Source: Octopus bimaculoides (Eukaryota). Taken from it: DNA of 41,071 bases. Under the pieces are notes generated by a model. It saw nothing but the letters and a program-made list of their open reading frames with translations. It did no database searches and was not told where the DNA came from. Location: assembly GCF_001194135.2 (NCBI RefSeq), contig NC_068989.1:22615958-22657028 (forward strand), read 5' to 3'. Shown in pieces: positions 37,242 to 41,071 of this stretch (position 1 is the first letter of the stretch; each line of letters begins with the position of its first letter). The translations under genes were made by a program, and so were the position numbers.

Positions 37242-37615
37242 NNNNNNNNNNNNNNNNNNNNNNNNNNNNNNNNNNNNNNNNNNNNNNNNNNNNNNNNNNN
37301 NNNNNNNNNNNNNNNNNNNNNNNNNNNNNNNNNNNNNNNNNNNNNNNNNNNNNNNNNNNNNNNNNNNNNNNNNNNNNNNNNNNNNNNNNNNNNNNNNNNN
37401 NNNNNNNNNNNNNNNNNNNNNNNNNNNNNNNNNNNNNNNNNNNNNNNNNNNNNNNNNNNNNNNNNNNNNNNNNNNNNNNNNNNNNNNNNNNNNNNNNNNN
37501 NNNNNNNNNNNNNNNNNNNNNNNNNNNNNNNNNNNNNNNNNNNNNNNNNNNNNNNNNNNNNNNNNNNNNNNNNNNNNNNNNNNNNNNNNNNNNNNNNNNN
37601 NNNNNNNNNNNNNNN
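37242..37615. other. Assembly gap
   Basis: N-run. Confidence 1.
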
Positions 37616-37733
37616 ATTCTGGAAACCTTTTTAAACATGAAGAGCTTTAAAATTAGCTAACAACGCTAATATCGATATTAAAACTGACCTTCTTTTCATT
37701 TGTCCTATATTTCCACTTATAACGCTGTAACAA

Positions 37734-37771
<38 letters not shown>

Positions 37772-38280
37772 TGTGTGTGTGCGTGCGTGTATGTCTGTGT
37801 GTGTGTGTGTGTGTGCGTGCGTGTGTGTGTAGGTATCAAAAGAAATGGCTGCTGTTCCCTTCAAACTTTGCTTTTGTGACATGAATATCAATGTTTTGAA
37901 ACTGACCTATTTTCCATTACCATTCAGACAGATTCAGCGCTGAATTGCAGAAGCAGAAATATCGTTATTGCGAATATTCTGCTCAATACCACAGATCTGC
38001 TTGCTAATTGCTTGACCTTAACCACTTGAGCATGACCCTTAGTGACTGGCAATATGTGCATCTCTGATCATGAGCAAGAATAGTGGGGGACCATTGTAGC
38101 CATGTGTTAAGAGGCATTCTTTGGTGCTTGAATAAATGTAACAAAAGCAAAGTTTGAAGGAAATGTTAGCCATTTTTCACACTTCCTAGGGGTTAGCATA
38201 TAGGAAATAGCAGTTGCCAGCCTAGGACACAAATCGCGTTATACAGTGTCATTCAAGTTGCACATTCTCTTTGGCTGCTT

Positions 38281-38664
38281 TTGTTGTTGGCACTCCGTCA
38301 CTTACGACGTCGAGGGTTCCAGTTGATCCGATCAACGGAACAGCCTGCTCGCGAAATTAACGTGCAAGTGACTGAGCACTCCACAGACACGTGTACCCTT
38401 AACGTAGTTCTCGGGGATATTCAGCGTGACACAGTGTGACAAAGCTGACCCTTTGAATTAGAGGCACAACAGAAACGGGAAGAAAGAGTGAGAGAAATTT
38501 GTGATGAAAGAGTACAGCAGGGTTCGCCACCATCCCCTGCCAGAGCCTCGTGGAGCTTTAGGTGTTTTCGCTGAATAAACACTCACAACGCCCGGTCTGG
38601 GAATCGAAACCGCGATCCTATGACCGCGAGTCAGCTGCCCTAACCACTGGGTCATTGCGCCTCC
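38281..38664 (-). mobile_element. Full-length tRNA-derived SINE family C with target-site duplication
   Basis: Head GGAGGCGCAATGACCCAGTGGTTAGG (A box) and GGTTTCGATTCC (B box); (AAC)n tail. CTTTGGCTGCTT is repeated at 38269-38280 and 38665-38676. Confidence 0.95.
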
Positions 38665-39109
38665 CTTTGGCTGCTTAACGTATTCCATAATGATTAAGCC
38701 GTATAAACATTTTCTTTTGATAAGACGCAACAATTTTACTTCATTTTCCCGTCATGGTTTTCTGTCTTACATTCTTTTTTCTTTCTTTCTTTCTTTCTCT
38801 AATTTCAGGAAATTCCATTCCTGCAAATCATCAGAAATTCTTCTATTGACCTTTTTAATTATTTCCTTATTCATATTTGATTATTTTTTTTCTGTTACAT
38901 ACAAAAATCGGTTAATTAAAAATAAGGAACTGCAAATATTTCTAGAATGATATAAATAAGACCAACATCACTTTTCGTCTCTCCTGACTCTACAAAATAA
39001 AGTACCAGTTATATCCTGACGTCAATGTTATCGAATGGCCCCTGACCACAATATTTCTGGCCTTGTGCCCATCTTAGAAACCACTATTGTTATTGTTGTT
39101 GTTGTTGCT

Positions 39110-39147
<38 letters not shown>

Positions 39148-39148
39148 T

Positions 39149-39370
39149 AAAGCGACGAACTGGCAGAATCGTTAGCACGCCGTTCGAAATGCTTAGCGGC
39201 ATTTCATCCGTCTTTATGTTCTGAGTTCAAATTCTGCCAAGGTCGACTTCGCTTTTCATCTTTTCGAGATCGATAAATTAAGTACCAGTGAAACACTGGA
39301 GTTGATCTAATCGATTACTTCCCTTCCCAATAAAATGTCAGGCCTTGTGCCTTCAGTAGAAAGAATTACT
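39149..39370 (+). mobile_element. SINE family B (partial copy also at 38985-39085)
   Basis: GAACTGGCAGAATCGTTAGCACGCC..TTCTGAGTTCAAATTCTGCC..GTAGAAAGAATTACTATT. Confidence 0.95.
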
Positions 39371-39395
39371 ATTATTATTATTATCATCATCATCA

Positions 39396-39454
<59 letters not shown>

Positions 39455-39469
39455 GTTATTTTTATTATT

Positions 39470-39760
39470 GTTACTTTATTGTCTTTGCACAGCTTCTAAC
39501 GGTGTCAGCTGTTCACTATCTGTGAACTAAGGTAACACCACTTATTTTTCGAGCACCATCCGGAATATTCGAGCGGTTCCATCAGTGCTGTTTTTTCCTC
39601 AAGTGCTCCACCCTTACTGCAGCCCCTATTTGTTTCATGTACTTCTCAATATTTTTACTCACTGTTCTCAGGGCTCCAACAATTATTAGTACTATACCAC
39701 CTTTTTCATCGACCACAATTGCTTAACCTCGCAAGCTAACCTGCCATATCTATCGACTTT
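39470..39760 (-). mobile_element. R4/Dong-like LINE 3' end with (AAT)n tail
   Basis: KVDRYGRLACEVKQLWSMKKVV..IIVGALRTVSKNIEKY..RMVLEK*, then UTR and (AAT)n at 39375-39470. Confidence 0.85.
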
Positions 39761-39849
39761 GTGATGGTGGTGGTGGTGGTTTTGGTGGTGGTGGTTGTTG
39801 CTATTCATATACATACAACAGATTAGAGTATTGGAAAAGAAAATTCCTA

Positions 39850-41035
39850 ACATCGGGTTGCAACAAGTTCCCAATGCATCTATAACTACTGAGATACATT
39901 TTACCCGCACTTTCCAAAGGCTCTGTAATTCAATGGCTACGTCCTGGTAATTAGCTATTTTTTTCTATATTTCTAATATTGAATATTTTTCACCATTTAG
40001 GACTGTAAAATCAATTATCTGGCACTTTCTATTCTCTTTGTCTACTACTAATAAATCGGGTCTTCTAGCAACATTTTATATTTCTTACTTTCTAGTACTT
40101 TACTGGGTTCATGTTCATACCATTTATCAGCATGTTCAATTCCTAGCTTTCTACATAACTCCCAGTGGATTACCCTCCCTAGGTATTCATGTCTTTTCTC
40201 GTACTCTTTCTGTGTCAGCATGCTACATTCATTTACTATATGAGAAACACTTTCCTCTTTTGATTTGCATTAATCTACACTGGAATTCTACTTTGTTTTT
40301 GTTTATCTTCACTTTTATCCAATTAGTCATTAATGCTTGATCTTGTGCTGCTACTAACAAACTTTCTGTCTCCCTTTTCAGCCTTCTTTTCTGCAACCAT
40401 AACCATCTATCACTAATACTATTTCCTGCAACTATCTTTGGGAACCTACCATGCAAAGCCTTCTCCTGCCCGTGAGATAACAGTTGTTCCTTTTTCTCAG
40501 TTTTTAACTTCGTTTTTTTTTTTTTTTTTTTTTTTTTTGGTTACCTATCTTGCTGTGACTCTAGCAGCTCTTAATAAACTTACTTCACTATTAGCTACAT
40601 AGACAGCTAATTCCACGTAGTCTTCTGGTGATATTAGCCCTCTTCAACCTTCCTTTCTATGTAGGTATAACCTTGCTATTTCTGCCCCTGGGTGAAGTCC
40701 TCCATTCATATTGAATTCTTTCCTAGTTCTTCTGTCTAGCTTTGCTGATTCAGTTTTTGTCCAATCTACAAAAGCTGCTGAGTATCTAAGTAATGATACT
40801 GCCCAAGTATTAACAGCCTTCATCAGATTCGGACCATTTAGCTTTGACTTCATTAGCTTCCTCAACCACCTGATATACTCCTTCTCAATTTTCGTTTTCA
40901 TTTCTATAGTCAGTACTTTGTCAGATTCTAATACTCCTAGATACTTATAACGCTCGCCTTTATTTAATGATTTTAATGTTTGGTCATCTGGTAATTGGAT
41001 GCCTTCATTGTTGACTACCTGTCCCTTTTTCATGG
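39850..41035 (-). mobile_element. R4/Dong-clade LINE, RT C-terminus to REL endonuclease, disrupted
   Basis: YKYLGVLE..KSKLNGPNLMKAVNTWAVSLLRYSAAFVDW..LDRRTRK..LYLHRKEG; ETESLLVAAQDQAL; PDLLVVDKENRKCQIIDF..YQDVAIELQ..VVIDALGT. Confidence 0.9.
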
Positions 41036-41069
<34 letters not shown>

Positions 41070-41071
41070 TA

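Noticed and set aside
38590-38664. tRNA-like sequence
   Set aside because: It is a SINE head that continues into SINE body and TSD; no complete cloverleaf or terminator.

Overview
AT-rich animal genomic scaffold with eight N-gaps (about 3.8 kb in total), made mostly of microsatellites and decayed transposable elements. The SINE families and microsatellite load resemble an Octopus (coleoid cephalopod) genome; this is inferred from recalled repeat sequences, not from a search. I found no intact, recognisable host gene, rRNA, true tRNA or CRISPR array, and nearly all ORFs in the supplied track are artefacts of simple repeats or N-runs. Recognisable content: three clear tRNA-derived SINE families plus one degenerate head, with one family in head-to-tail arrays; restriction-endonuclease-like (REL) LINE remnants (R4/Dong-like, HERO-like); an L1/Tx1 LINE 3' end; two Penelope-like (PLE) coding fragments; and DNA transposon remnants (Tc1 with DD36E spacing, mariner, Tigger/pogo, hAT, a MITE). 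The best non-obvious signal is a structurally complete minimal type I hammerhead ribozyme at 11579-11615, in a (TA)n-tailed element near a PLE RT fragment. Other leads are oppositely oriented SINE arrays that could form dsRNA, a structured hairpin next to the Tx1 3' end, an unexplained inverted repeat and a few candidate spliced exons. Element boundaries are approximate unless exact motifs are quoted.
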